A stretch of DNA of 52,426 bases from a bacterium (GTDB lineage: Bacteria; Hinthialibacterota; Hinthialibacteria; Hinthialibacterales; Hinthialibacteraceae): NCBI GenBank assembly GCA_041946805.1, contig JBHGBC010000069.1, positions 1 to 52,426 on the forward strand, written 5' to 3'. The notes beneath the pieces were generated by a model. It was not told the origin of the DNA and did not search any database. It saw only the letters and a program-made list of their open reading frames with translations. The first letter of the stretch is position 1, and each line of letters starts with the position of its first letter. Shown here one piece after another: positions 40,448-49,516 of this stretch. The position numbers and the translations under genes are program-made.

Positions 40448-40761
40448 CCACGCCCATCCGCCTGAACCAGCATGACATGGGAATCAAATTGACCTTCCAT
40501 TGCCGCGACGAGTCCGGTCTTCCCATCAACCTGGAACAATTCCTCGTCGATTTCTCGTTGTATGATGACGATACGCTGATCAACAAAGGCCGCACCACTT
40601 GCGCCAAGCCCGATGCCGCCCTGGGCGTCGCCGAGTACACCGTCCAGGCCGCTGACACCGCTTCCGCCGGCCTTTTGTATGGCAAACTGCGGATTCATAA
40701 CGCGGATTTCGAAATCAAAAACCTGGGAACCATTCCCATTGAAATCGAGGAAGCCGTGTAA
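40444..40761 (+). CDS. BppU N-terminal-like baseplate upper protein domain (stand-alone)
   Basis: IRLNQHD..IKLTF..RDESGLPINL ... GVAEYTVQAADTASAG..YGKLRI. Confidence 0.65.
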   Translation: MTTPIRLNQHDMGIKLTFHCRDESGLPINLEQFLVDFSLYDDDTLINKGRTTCAKPDAALGVAEYTVQAADTASAGLLYGKLRIHNADFEIKNLGTIPIEIEEAV

Positions 40762-40935
40762 TCCCGGCCAGCGGAACTTCTCGATTGACCAATGCAACCG
40801 GGCTGCCTGGCATGACGGGGATTCCGGCCTTGTATAATGTTTAAAGTGGTTTGATCCCAGGTGACTATTTACCCGAATGCAGAACTTTCTAATGGTTTTA
40901 TTCGTGGCAAGAGTATCGAGGAGGTCGCTAAACGA

Positions 40936-40970
40936 TTCCCTCTCCCTCTGGAAGAGGGGCAGGGTGAGGG
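40936..40970 (-). repeat. boxC-like repeat
   Basis: TTCCCTCTCCCTCTGGAAGAGGGGCAGGGTGAGGG. Confidence 0.8.
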
Positions 40971-41069
40971 TAGCCCTAAAAGAGCGGAATCCGTTCTTTC
41001 CCTGCAATGGAGTAAACAGTTACGTTCCCGGCAGGGTAGGCTCCAAGCCTAGTGTACACCTTTTGTGTG

Positions 41070-41110
41070 ATCTTGGTCATCGTGTTCATCCCGGATATCC
41101 TGATTCAGAC
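41070..41110 (+). repeat. CATCCTGnn array (degenerate)
   Basis: ATCTTGGTCATCGTGTTCATCCCGGATATCCTGATTCAGAC. Confidence 0.7.
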
Positions 41111-41147
41111 TAAACCCAAATCCATCGGTACGGATTGAGTATTGAAT

Positions 41148-42179
41148 ATGCCCGAATTGCGCCGAGATCCCATAATCAACCGCTGGGTCATCGTGGCCCG
41201 GGAACGGGCCAAGCGGCCCCTTGATTTTCCCCATGCCCCCGATCCGCCCCGGTCCGGTTTCTGCCCGTTCTGCCCCGGCCATGAAGAAAAAACGCCGAAG
41301 GAAATCCTGGCCTGCCCCGCCCTCGATCCCGGTGCCACCCCGGCGGATTGGATCCTCCGGGTGGTTCCCAACAAGTTCCCCGCCCTGGTCCAGGAAGGAG
41401 TGTTGCACCAGGAATGGCAGGGCCTTTACGAAAAAATGACCGGCCTCGGCACGCACGAAGTCCTCATCGAAACCCCGGTTCACGATCAGACCTTCGCCGA
41501 GTACAGCAGCCGCCATGTCGAAAAAATCCTCTGGGCCTGCCGCGAACGTATCTACCGCCTTAGCCAGGAACCGGATTTTCAATACATCCTCATTTTCAAG
41601 AACCACGGCGTGGAAGCCGGGGCCTCGCTCGACCATCCCCATTCCCAAATCATCGCCCTGCCCATCGTCCCCCAGCTGGTCTCCGAGGAAATGAACGGCG
41701 CTCTGGGCTACTTCGATACCAACGGCCGCTGCGTGTATTGCGACATGATCCGCCAGGAGATGGAAGATCCCACGCGGATCGTCCTCGTCAACGAGAAATT
41801 TCTGGCCCTCGAACCTTACGCCTCCCGCTTCCCTTTCGAAACCTGGATTCTCCCCCTGCGTCACGACCCTCATTTCGTTAACCTGCAAGATGAGCATTTG
41901 CTCCCGCTCGCGGCCATCCTGCGGGACACGCTCTGGCGGATCAAACAACTGCTCCAGGATCCCCCCTACAACTTTATGCTCCACACGTCCCCCTGCCGCG
42001 AAGCATCGGCCTCCTTGCCCCATTTTCATTGGCACCTGGAAATCACCCCCAAACTCACCCGCGTGGCCGGATTCGAATGGGGTACCGGCTTCTACATCAA
42101 TCCCATGCCCCCCGAACTGGCGGCCGCCTACCTGCGGGACTGCGGGAAGGACCAACCCGGCCCGGGTTGGGTGCATTGA
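41148..42179 (+). CDS. galT: Galactose-1-phosphate uridylyltransferase
   Basis: PELRRDP, CPFCPG, RVVPNKFPAL, GASLDHPHSQ, AGFEWGTG. Confidence 0.96.
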   Translation: MPELRRDPIINRWVIVARERAKRPLDFPHAPDPPRSGFCPFCPGHEEKTPKEILACPALDPGATPADWILRVVPNKFPALVQEGVLHQEWQGLYEKMTGLGTHEVLIETPVHDQTFAEYSSRHVEKILWACRERIYRLSQEPDFQYILIFKNHGVEAGASLDHPHSQIIALPIVPQLVSEEMNGALGYFDTNGRCVYCDMIRQEMEDPTRIVLVNEKFLALEPYASRFPFETWILPLRHDPHFVNLQDEHLLPLAAILRDTLWRIKQLLQDPPYNFMLHTSPCREASASLPHFHWHLEITPKLTRVAGFEWGTGFYINPMPPELAAAYLRDCGKDQPGPGWVH

Positions 42180-42261
42180 GCGATTCCCGGGGAATTTCCG
42201 GGGACGTACGTTGACGAAATCGCATTCTGTGTTAATAAAGATACTTTATTCCTCATCTTGC

Positions 42262-42334
42262 AGGGTGGGTTGAGCAACGCGAAACCCGCCAATATTCTGG
42301 TCATCCTGTGCATCCTGGATGTCCTGATTCAGAC
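42262..42334 (+). repeat. Composite repeat: REP-like hairpin plus CATCCTGnn array
   Basis: GGGTGGGTTGAGCAACGCGAAACCCGCC followed by TGGTCATCCTGTGCATCCTGGATGTCCTGATTCAGAC. Confidence 0.8.
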
Positions 42335-42428
42335 AAGCTACGGCGTCTCTCTTGGATGTCTGTATTCACGTGTTGGACGAAACATGATATACCGGCTTGA
42401 TTCCATATCAGGGAAGCGAGACCTCTCC

Positions 42429-43325
42429 ATGAAACCAGCCATAACCTCCATCGAGATCCCCGGCGTAAAGCCCGCCCAACGGGGCAAGGTGCGCGATATC
42501 TTCGACCTGGGCGATGCCTTGCTGATGGTCGCCACCGACCGCATCAGCGCCTTCGACTGCGTCTTGCCCCAGGGCGTTCCCGGCAAGGGCGCGGTCCTCA
42601 CCCAAATGTCGCTCTTCTGGTTCGAAACCCTCATGCCGGCCCGGCCCCATCATGTTCTTTCCACCGATGTGGCCGATTTCCCCGCGCCGTTTGATCAATA
42701 CCCCGATATCCTCGCCAAGCGCTCCATGCTGGTGAAAAAAGTCGAGCCGCTGCCGGTGGAGTGCGTGGTGCGCGGCTACCTGGCCGGATCCGCCTGGGCC
42801 GAGTATCAGCAAAACCGCACCGTCTGCGGCATCCTGCTGCCCGCCGGCCTCCAAAATTCCGCTGAATTGCCCAAGCCCCTCTTCACCCCCGCCCGCAAGA
42901 ACAAGGAAGGGCACGACGAGAACATCTCCTTCGATGAAATGCTGGCCGATATCGGCGGCTGGGAAGCGGAGGAACTGCGCGGCCGCAGCCTCGAGATCTA
43001 CCGCGCCGCCGCCCAACTGGCCCGGGACCGGGGCGTCCTCCTGGCCGACACCAAGTTCGAATTCGGGATGGACGGCGGCGAGATCCTCCTCATCGACGAA
43101 CTCCTCACCCCCGACTCCTCCCGCTTCTGGCTGGCCGGCAACTACCAGCCTGGCCAGTCCCAAGAAGCCCTCGATAAGCAATTCGTCCGCGATTTCCTCA
43201 ACCGCATTCAGTGGGATCACAATCCTCCGCCTCCCGATCTGCCGGACGACATCATCGAGCATACCCGCCTGCGCTACATCGACGCCTACCGCCGCATCAC
43301 CGGGAAGGAGTGGGATGACGAATAA
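42429..43325 (+). CDS. purC: SAICAR synthase
   Basis: RGKVRDIF, ATDRISAFD, ECVVRGYLAGS, ADTKFEFG, DELLTPDSSRFW, DKQFVRD. Confidence 0.98.
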   Translation: MKPAITSIEIPGVKPAQRGKVRDIFDLGDALLMVATDRISAFDCVLPQGVPGKGAVLTQMSLFWFETLMPARPHHVLSTDVADFPAPFDQYPDILAKRSMLVKKVEPLPVECVVRGYLAGSAWAEYQQNRTVCGILLPAGLQNSAELPKPLFTPARKNKEGHDENISFDEMLADIGGWEAEELRGRSLEIYRAAAQLARDRGVLLADTKFEFGMDGGEILLIDELLTPDSSRFWLAGNYQPGQSQEALDKQFVRDFLNRIQWDHNPPPPDLPDDIIEHTRLRYIDAYRRITGKEWDDE

Positions 43326-45399
43326 TCCCCTCCCCCTCGCTTCCCGCTCCGGGCATTCCCTCCCCGCCCATCTTTGGATTTCCGGAACGGTCTTGGGATT
43401 CTTGGCGGTCAGCTTTATCCAGTTTTTCCGCTACCCCCTCAATCCCCCGCTGCTCACCGTGGTGTTTCCCGCCTTTTTCAAGGCCGTGTTCGCCATCGAA
43501 TGGCGGATCCCGGAAGGATTCGGGCTTGGCCTGGCGTTCGAAACCGCATCTCTCGCCCTGCAGGGCGCGGCGGGCCTGCTGTTTCTGCGCCTCTTCTGCA
43601 GCTTGCCCCTGTGGGTGGAAATCCCCGCCGCCCTGTTTGTGGGAATCGGCCTGGCCACCTTCGTCCTCGAACTTTGGGCCATCTTCTTTCTGCTGAACAA
43701 AGTCACCATCCTGCTGTCTCTGGCCGGACTGATCCTCGTGCTGCTTGGGCTGAAAAAACGCTGGGGCTGGGCGGAACCGGAACCCCCTTTGACCGCCCCG
43801 CTGCGGCCGGACCGCTTTCATCGCGGTGTATACGGGTGCGCCTGGGGCATGCTGGCTTTCCTCACCGCCTTGAGCTTCTATCACGCGGTCCTCTTTCCCG
43901 TGAATTATTGGGACGCGCTGATCCTCTACATCCACTACGGCAAGATGACCTGGCGGCAGGGCGGTTTTCCCGTGCTGGTCTGCCTGCAGGTGGGACTGGG
44001 CCTGGGCGCGAACTACCCGCACCTGTATCCCCTCCACCAGGCCGTCACCGCCACCCTCTTCGGCTCCTGGTCGGACCTCTACGGCCAGCTGCTTCCCCCG
44101 CTGGCGGGCCTGGGAAGCGTCCTGGTGCTGTACTACCTCATCCTGCGCCTGTTTCCCAACCGCCTGATCGCCATCCTCGCGGTGCTCGCCTTCCGGTCGC
44201 TGCCCTATGTCACCACCTATTTCGTCTGGGCGTCTGATTACGCCCTGGTGATGCTCTACACCGTTCTTTTCATGCTGTTTCTGGAAGGTTTCCTCCACCG
44301 GCCGGATTGGCGCTCCGCCCAGCCCCTGCTCGCCGTGGCCGCCATCTTTCCCCACATCAACTACCTGGGCTGGATCGTATGGCCGCCGATGCTTCTGGCC
44401 TTCGCCGCCGCGTGGCGGGGCCGGACGCCGGATTTCTCGGGGAAACGCCTGTCGGCCGCGCTGTGCTTCGTGGGATTCTGGCTGGCCCTGGGCCTGACCT
44501 GGTACGTCCGCAACTGGATCGTCACCGGCAATCCGGTTTACGCTTTCTTTCCAGGCATACTGGGTGGAAAGAACATCAACCTCGAAGTCCTCGCTTCGTG
44601 CGAACGCGAATGGAGCGCCCACGGCAATGGCGCGGGCAAGTTGGGCCATACCTTGCTTCAGAAAATTCTCAACACCTTGATCGAAATCCCCCGCGACTGG
44701 CGCTTCTCCCCTCTCCTCCTGGGCTTTTTGGTCCCCGCGTTTCTCTTGGGATGGCGCAAAAACCAAGCGCTCTTCTTCCACCTGGGATTTCTACTCTTCC
44801 TGCTGTTTATCTATCAGTACATGATTTCCGGGCTCTACTGGTATCACACCATCGCCGCCTTCCCGATTCTCGGCCTGTTCGCCGCGCGCTTCTTGTCGCA
44901 AGTCGAAAACCGCTGGCTTCTCGCCGGATTGTGCGCCGCGATTCTCCTGGCCGCGCTGGTTCCCGGCGCCGCCTTCTCCATCATGGGACCGAAAATTCCC
45001 CATCCATCGCTGCCGCTGTTCCGCCATCCGGGATTGTCGCTGGCCGAGTTCAACCGCTTCGCCTTTCCCGCCGAAGCCCCCATTTGGCGGCAGATCAACG
45101 AAGAACTGGAGCCGGGCGCGGTGCTCCTCACCCACGACAACCGCTACCACGTGTACCGGGATGATATCCGCATCCTCCACCTGGACGACTGCGGATTGAC
45201 CCCGCTCTACGGCCGCCCCTATCCCGAAATCCACCGTCATCTCCTGCGGGAAGGCGTGCGCTATTATCTCCAGATCCCCGACGAAAAAACCCACCCCATC
45301 ACCCAACGCCTGGGCCACGGGGCTTACCTCAACAATCCCGATTATTTCGAAAGAATGGGAAAATCTGGAGAAGTGATTCTGTATCGCTTGAAGGGGTAA
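43315..45399 (+). CDS. Polytopic membrane protein, GT-C (ArnT/PMT-like) glycosyltransferase
   Basis: WDALILYIH, NYPHLYP, WYVRNWIVTGNPVY; more than 12 TM segments; overlaps the purC stop. Confidence 0.7.
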   Translation: MTNNPLPLASRSGHSLPAHLWISGTVLGFLAVSFIQFFRYPLNPPLLTVVFPAFFKAVFAIEWRIPEGFGLGLAFETASLALQGAAGLLFLRLFCSLPLWVEIPAALFVGIGLATFVLELWAIFFLLNKVTILLSLAGLILVLLGLKKRWGWAEPEPPLTAPLRPDRFHRGVYGCAWGMLAFLTALSFYHAVLFPVNYWDALILYIHYGKMTWRQGGFPVLVCLQVGLGLGANYPHLYPLHQAVTATLFGSWSDLYGQLLPPLAGLGSVLVLYYLILRLFPNRLIAILAVLAFRSLPYVTTYFVWASDYALVMLYTVLFMLFLEGFLHRPDWRSAQPLLAVAAIFPHINYLGWIVWPPMLLAFAAAWRGRTPDFSGKRLSAALCFVGFWLALGLTWYVRNWIVTGNPVYAFFPGILGGKNINLEVLASCEREWSAHGNGAGKLGHTLLQKILNTLIEIPRDWRFSPLLLGFLVPAFLLGWRKNQALFFHLGFLLFLLFIYQYMISGLYWYHTIAAFPILGLFAARFLSQVENRWLLAGLCAAILLAALVPGAAFSIMGPKIPHPSLPLFRHPGLSLAEFNRFAFPAEAPIWRQINEELEPGAVLLTHDNRYHVYRDDIRILHLDDCGLTPLYGRPYPEIHRHLLREGVRYYLQIPDEKTHPITQRLGHGAYLNNPDYFERMGKSGEVILYRLKG

Positions 45400-45572
45400 G
45401 GTGAAAAAAACCTTTTGATCTTTGATGTCCTTGGCGTCTTTGGCGTCCTTGGCTTTCTCCCCCTTTCGTGGGGCGTCCATTAAAATAAAAACCACCGCCG
45501 GCCCGGCGGAGCCGCGGTGGCTGAGTTGGGTCTATAACCGAAATCCACGGGAGCAAAATCCCGCGGGAAGAT

Positions 45573-46142
45573 TCAACCGGTGACGCGTTCCACGTATATG
45601 CCGGTCCGGGTGTCGACTTTCAACACATCCCCTTCATTGATGAACAAGGGAACCTGCACGTTCGCGCCGGTCTCCACCTTGGCCGTCTTGGTGGCGCCGG
45701 AGACCGTGTCGCCCCGGACGCCCGGCTCGGTCTCGATGACCTTCAATTCCATGAAGGTGGGGATTTCGACGTCGATCGGTTCGCCGTTGTGGAAGAGCAG
45801 TGTCAAGTCGGTGTTTTCCTTGAGCCACACATCCTTGCCCATGAGCGCCTCGGTGGGCAGGGAGAACTGCTCGTAGGTGTCGTTGTTCATGAAATGCAAT
45901 TCTTCATCCCGGTACAAAAACTGGACTTTTTGCGGCTCGAGCACCGCCCGCTCCATCGAGTCGTTGGACTTGATCGTTTTTTCCAACACCCGCCCGGTTT
46001 TCAGATTTTTGACCTTGATCCGGATGAACGCCTGGCCTTTCCCCGGCGAGATATGCTCGTACTTGGTGCACTCCCAGACTTCTCCGTCCATTTCGAGCTT
46101 GGTCCCCGCGCGGACATCGGTCGGTTTTATGGTAATGCCCAT
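45573..46142 (-). CDS. efp: Elongation factor P
   Basis: PGKGQAF, PGVRGDT, VPLFINEGD, VDTRTG.Y; GGAGAG RBS before ATG 46142. Confidence 0.98.
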   Translation of the reverse strand: MGITIKPTDVRAGTKLEMDGEVWECTKYEHISPGKGQAFIRIKVKNLKTGRVLEKTIKSNDSMERAVLEPQKVQFLYRDEELHFMNNDTYEQFSLPTEALMGKDVWLKENTDLTLLFHNGEPIDVEIPTFMELKVIETEPGVRGDTVSGATKTAKVETGANVQVPLFINEGDVLKVDTRTGIYVERVTG

Positions 46143-46296
46143 CGATTCGCTCTCCATCCTGGCATATAGAATGTACTGAACCGGACATTATACAAACCGT
46201 CTTTTAAAAATGAATCCACAAACCCGGGAAGATCCATATTTCCTCCCGCAGCCTGGGATACAATGAAAACAGATATCCCATCCCCTGGAGTGCATC

Positions 46297-46962
46297 ATGA
46301 TATCCTACACGGTTGTACCTCCCACGGAGTACGTCGATTACCGGCAAATCCCCATGTCCCGCCTGCTGCTCGAAGCCGTAACCGGCGCCTTCTCGCGCGC
46401 CGCCGCGGCCCTCATCGCCCTTTTTCATATCCTCTGTGCCGCCGGCTTGGTGATTTATGGCTGGGTCCGTCTCATCCAAAACCAGGGAGTATGGCCGGCG
46501 GAGCTCCACCAGAGCATCGTGGTACGGATCCGCTACGCCGCGCGGACTCTGGATTATATTTGGTCCCTGAACAATGCCTTCCCGCCCGCCGGCCTCCCCA
46601 GTGATCAGCATCCCACCAATCTCTCGATCCCCCTCCCGCCCCCCATACCTCCCCGCCGGCTCCTGCTCCGGTTTCTGGACGGCTTGCCCCATCTCCTGGT
46701 TTTTTTCATCTACGGCTGCCTCAGCTGGGCCATCGTCCCGGTCATCCTGGGCGCCGCCTCCTGGCTGGCTTTGTACGGATGGACCTCCACCCGCTACGCC
46801 GCCGTGGTCACGCACAATTATTATTTGCTCAGCGGCTATGCCTATTTCCTCGCCCTGACCGAGGATTACCCCCCCGCGCCCTGGGAATACTGGAACCTGC
46901 TGATGACCAAGGCCCGCAACGCCGGCCTGCCCGATATCCAGGAGGGATTGACCAAGAAATAA
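46297..46962 (+). CDS. Membrane protein, DUF4389-like
   Basis: Two repeated TM hairpins ending 'YIWSLNNAFPP' and 'YFLALTEDYPP'. Confidence 0.55.
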   Translation: MISYTVVPPTEYVDYRQIPMSRLLLEAVTGAFSRAAAALIALFHILCAAGLVIYGWVRLIQNQGVWPAELHQSIVVRIRYAARTLDYIWSLNNAFPPAGLPSDQHPTNLSIPLPPPIPPRRLLLRFLDGLPHLLVFFIYGCLSWAIVPVILGAASWLALYGWTSTRYAAVVTHNYYLLSGYAYFLALTEDYPPAPWEYWNLLMTKARNAGLPDIQEGLTKK

Positions 46963-47163
46963 CGCTTCATCCGGCCAGTATATACTTTTTTTATGGTTCA
47001 TCTGGCTTATGCGTGTTATTTCCCCACGAAGTGCGATCAGGATCCCATCACTCGGACCGGAGAATTCCACCCCTCTCCCTCCCGGGCAAAAAAAACCGCA
47101 CTCACACACGGCGAGTGCGGAACCCTGGGGGTTTTCACCCCGTGAACGCTTGTGAATGATGGT

Positions 47164-48561
47164 TCAATACTTCGAAAACGAATCCGAAAAATGCTGGATG
47201 ACATCGCGCAGGTGGCTGTCGGTCTCCAGTTCTTTTTCGATCTTGTTGACCGCGAAAAGGACGGTCGTGTGGTCCTTGTTGCCGAAAAATGTCCCGATTT
47301 CCGGAAACGAATGCCGCGTCAGCTTGCGGCTCAGGTACATGGCGATCTGCCGCGGACGGGCGATCGAGCGGGAACGGTTCTTTCCGATGATGTCCGACGG
47401 CTTGATGTGGTAATACTCCGCCACCTTGCGTTGGATCTTTTCGATGGAAATCTCCTTGACCGGCCGGTCGTAGATCTCGCCCAGCAGCCGCCCCGCGGTC
47501 TCCACGTCCACCGGTTCGTGGGTGAATTGCACGTGGGCGGTGATTTTCGCGTACGCCCCCTCCAACTCGCGGATGGAAGAACGGATCTTGTTGGCGACGT
47601 ACTCCAACACCTCATCGGACAAGTCGAGGTGGCCGGCCTCGCATTTGCGCCGCAGAATGGCCACCCGCATCTCGAAATCGGGAGGCGCGATATCCACGAT
47701 CAAGCCCCATTCGAACCGGGAGCGGAGCCGGTCCTCGATCGTGGGAATGTCTTTGGGCGGCCGGTCGCTGGAGATGATGATCTGCTTGTTCCGGTTGTAG
47801 AGGGCGTTGAAGGTGTGGAAAAACTCCTCCTGGGTGGATTCTTTCCCCGCCAGGAAATGAATGTCGTCGATCAAGAGCACATCGACGTTCCGGAACGTGG
47901 TCTGGAACGACAGGCGTTCGTTGCGCTTGATGGCGTCGATGAAGATGTTGACGAACTGCTCGGCGGACAGGTACGCCACCCGCTTGTCCGGATACCGGGC
48001 CAGAATCTCGTTGCCGGTGGCCTGCATCAGATGCGTCTTCCCCAATCCGACGCCCCCGTACACGAAGAGGGGATTGTACGACTGGGCCGGTTTCCGCGCC
48101 ACCGCCTCGGCCGTGGCGTGAGCCATCTTGTTGCTCGCCCCGATCACGTAGGTATCGAACGTGTACTGGGGATTCAGCGGTTCGAACTGCATCAGGGACG
48201 GTGTGGACACGGCCGGTCCCGGAGCGGACAAGGTTTCCCATTCCCTCTCTTCCGGTTGTCCGGTCAACGGCCCGGATAACTGAACTTCCACGTCCACTTG
48301 GCGTTGCAGAAGGTTGGAAAAGGTCTCGGACAGCACCCCGTAATGGTTCTTTTCGATGTATTCCCGGCGGAAGTTGCTCGGAACGCCCAATATCACGCAG
48401 TCGGGCAAACATTCCACGATTTGCGTATCCTCAAACCAGTCTTCGACTTCCTCATCGCTGATCAAGCCGCGCAATGTCTTCTCGGCGCGTTTCCAAAGCA
48501 GCTGGGGATCATTCTCTCTTAGGGGAACAGGCATAATCGCCATATTCTCGTGGTCCTCCAT
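47164..48561 (-). CDS. dnaA: Chromosomal replication initiator DnaA
   Basis: YNPLFVYGGVGLGKTHL, LLIDDIHF, QEEFFHTFN, RLRSRFEWGL, RELEGA, PRQIAMYL, KDHTTV. Start uncertain (48561/48543/48534). Confidence 0.98.
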   Translation of the reverse strand: MEDHENMAIMPVPLRENDPQLLWKRAEKTLRGLISDEEVEDWFEDTQIVECLPDCVILGVPSNFRREYIEKNHYGVLSETFSNLLQRQVDVEVQLSGPLTGQPEEREWETLSAPGPAVSTPSLMQFEPLNPQYTFDTYVIGASNKMAHATAEAVARKPAQSYNPLFVYGGVGLGKTHLMQATGNEILARYPDKRVAYLSAEQFVNIFIDAIKRNERLSFQTTFRNVDVLLIDDIHFLAGKESTQEEFFHTFNALYNRNKQIIISSDRPPKDIPTIEDRLRSRFEWGLIVDIAPPDFEMRVAILRRKCEAGHLDLSDEVLEYVANKIRSSIRELEGAYAKITAHVQFTHEPVDVETAGRLLGEIYDRPVKEISIEKIQRKVAEYYHIKPSDIIGKNRSRSIARPRQIAMYLSRKLTRHSFPEIGTFFGNKDHTTVLFAVNKIEKELETDSHLRDVIQHFSDSFSKY

Positions 48562-48619
48562 ATTCGGTATTCTCAACACACGCCAGGGGATTAACACAAT
48601 CGGCATCCCCCTCACGCCT

Positions 48620-49510
48620 CATGGCAGCATTCGCCGTTTCCCAACGGGTTTTCCCGATAGGCTTTTGGCATTGCAGACAAAAAAACCCCCTCCTCTCATC
48701 CCGGTTGGGACGTATTTTCCTCTTCCTTCCTCATGATTTCAGAATTTAATGCGGACTAAAAATATCGCGTGGAACTGATTTCATGCTTTTTTCTCTCCCC
48801 GGCCGCTTCCTGTCTCTCCTCCATCCCTCCCCCTTTTCTTGCCGGCCCGGGTTGGGCCTCAAGAAAAAGCAGGATTCGCAGTTCATCCACAAAGTTATCC
48901 ACAGGTTATCAACAACTTGATTTCTTTCGTCTTAGGTCATGTGGCTCTTTCTATTAGTACCATTCTCTTCCCCATCAGGCAATACCTGCCGTTTTTTTTC
49001 CCCCTCCGCTTCGGCGGAAAGACGATTTAACTGTCAATCTGTCTATGAGTTACCGAGATTCAGAAAAAAAATTATTTTTTTTCCCCGGTGCGTTTTCCCG
49101 GATTCGGTGATGTATGCCATATCTGCCTGATATCATTCACGATAGAAGCCTCTCAAGCCCTTTTTTAAGCCGCGGTTTCCTCTAAATGGAATGTTACCAA
49201 AGGGTTAGAAATACTAGTATTTTGAGAGAAAATCCTCTCCTATTTTAACATCCTGATTATGCCGTGATTACCGCCGCTGGGATTCCTCGCGCGGAGGCGG
49301 CGCTCTCCGCCCCCGGTTCCAATCCGGGCGGGCGGCCCGGCTTCCCGGGGACGATGCGGCGGGCGTAGCCGGAGTTATTCACAGGCTTTTCTGGGACGGA
49401 CGATAACCCTTGTGTAAGTATCTCATTCGGATGACTGGACATCAGACAAGAAAAAACGGGAAATTTTACTGCCGCCCTAGAAAGCTTGATATACAATAAA
49501 AACGAAACCG
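48620..49510. other. Probable oriC region
   Basis: About 0.9-kb non-coding, AT-richer stretch upstream of dnaA; extra box TTATTCACA at 49375. Plus strand looks C-rich to the left and G-rich to the right (visual only). Confidence 0.6.
48883..48914 (+). promoter_or_regulatory. Three tandem DnaA boxes
   Basis: TCATCCACA (48883), TTATCCACA (48895, consensus), TTATCAACA (48906). Confidence 0.85.
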
Positions 49511-49516
49511 GTTCCC

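Noticed and set aside
32046..40761. Complete inducible prophage
   Set aside because: No integrase, att repeats, repressor, replication, terminase, portal or tape-measure gene is recognisable, and both flanks are host genes.
37413..42334. CATCCTG repeats as a CRISPR array
   Set aside because: Copies are separated by whole genes, with no regular spacers and no cas genes.
42934..43314. Apparent N-terminal extension of the membrane glycosyltransferase
   Set aside because: An off-frame read through purC; ATG 43315 has an AAGGAG RBS.
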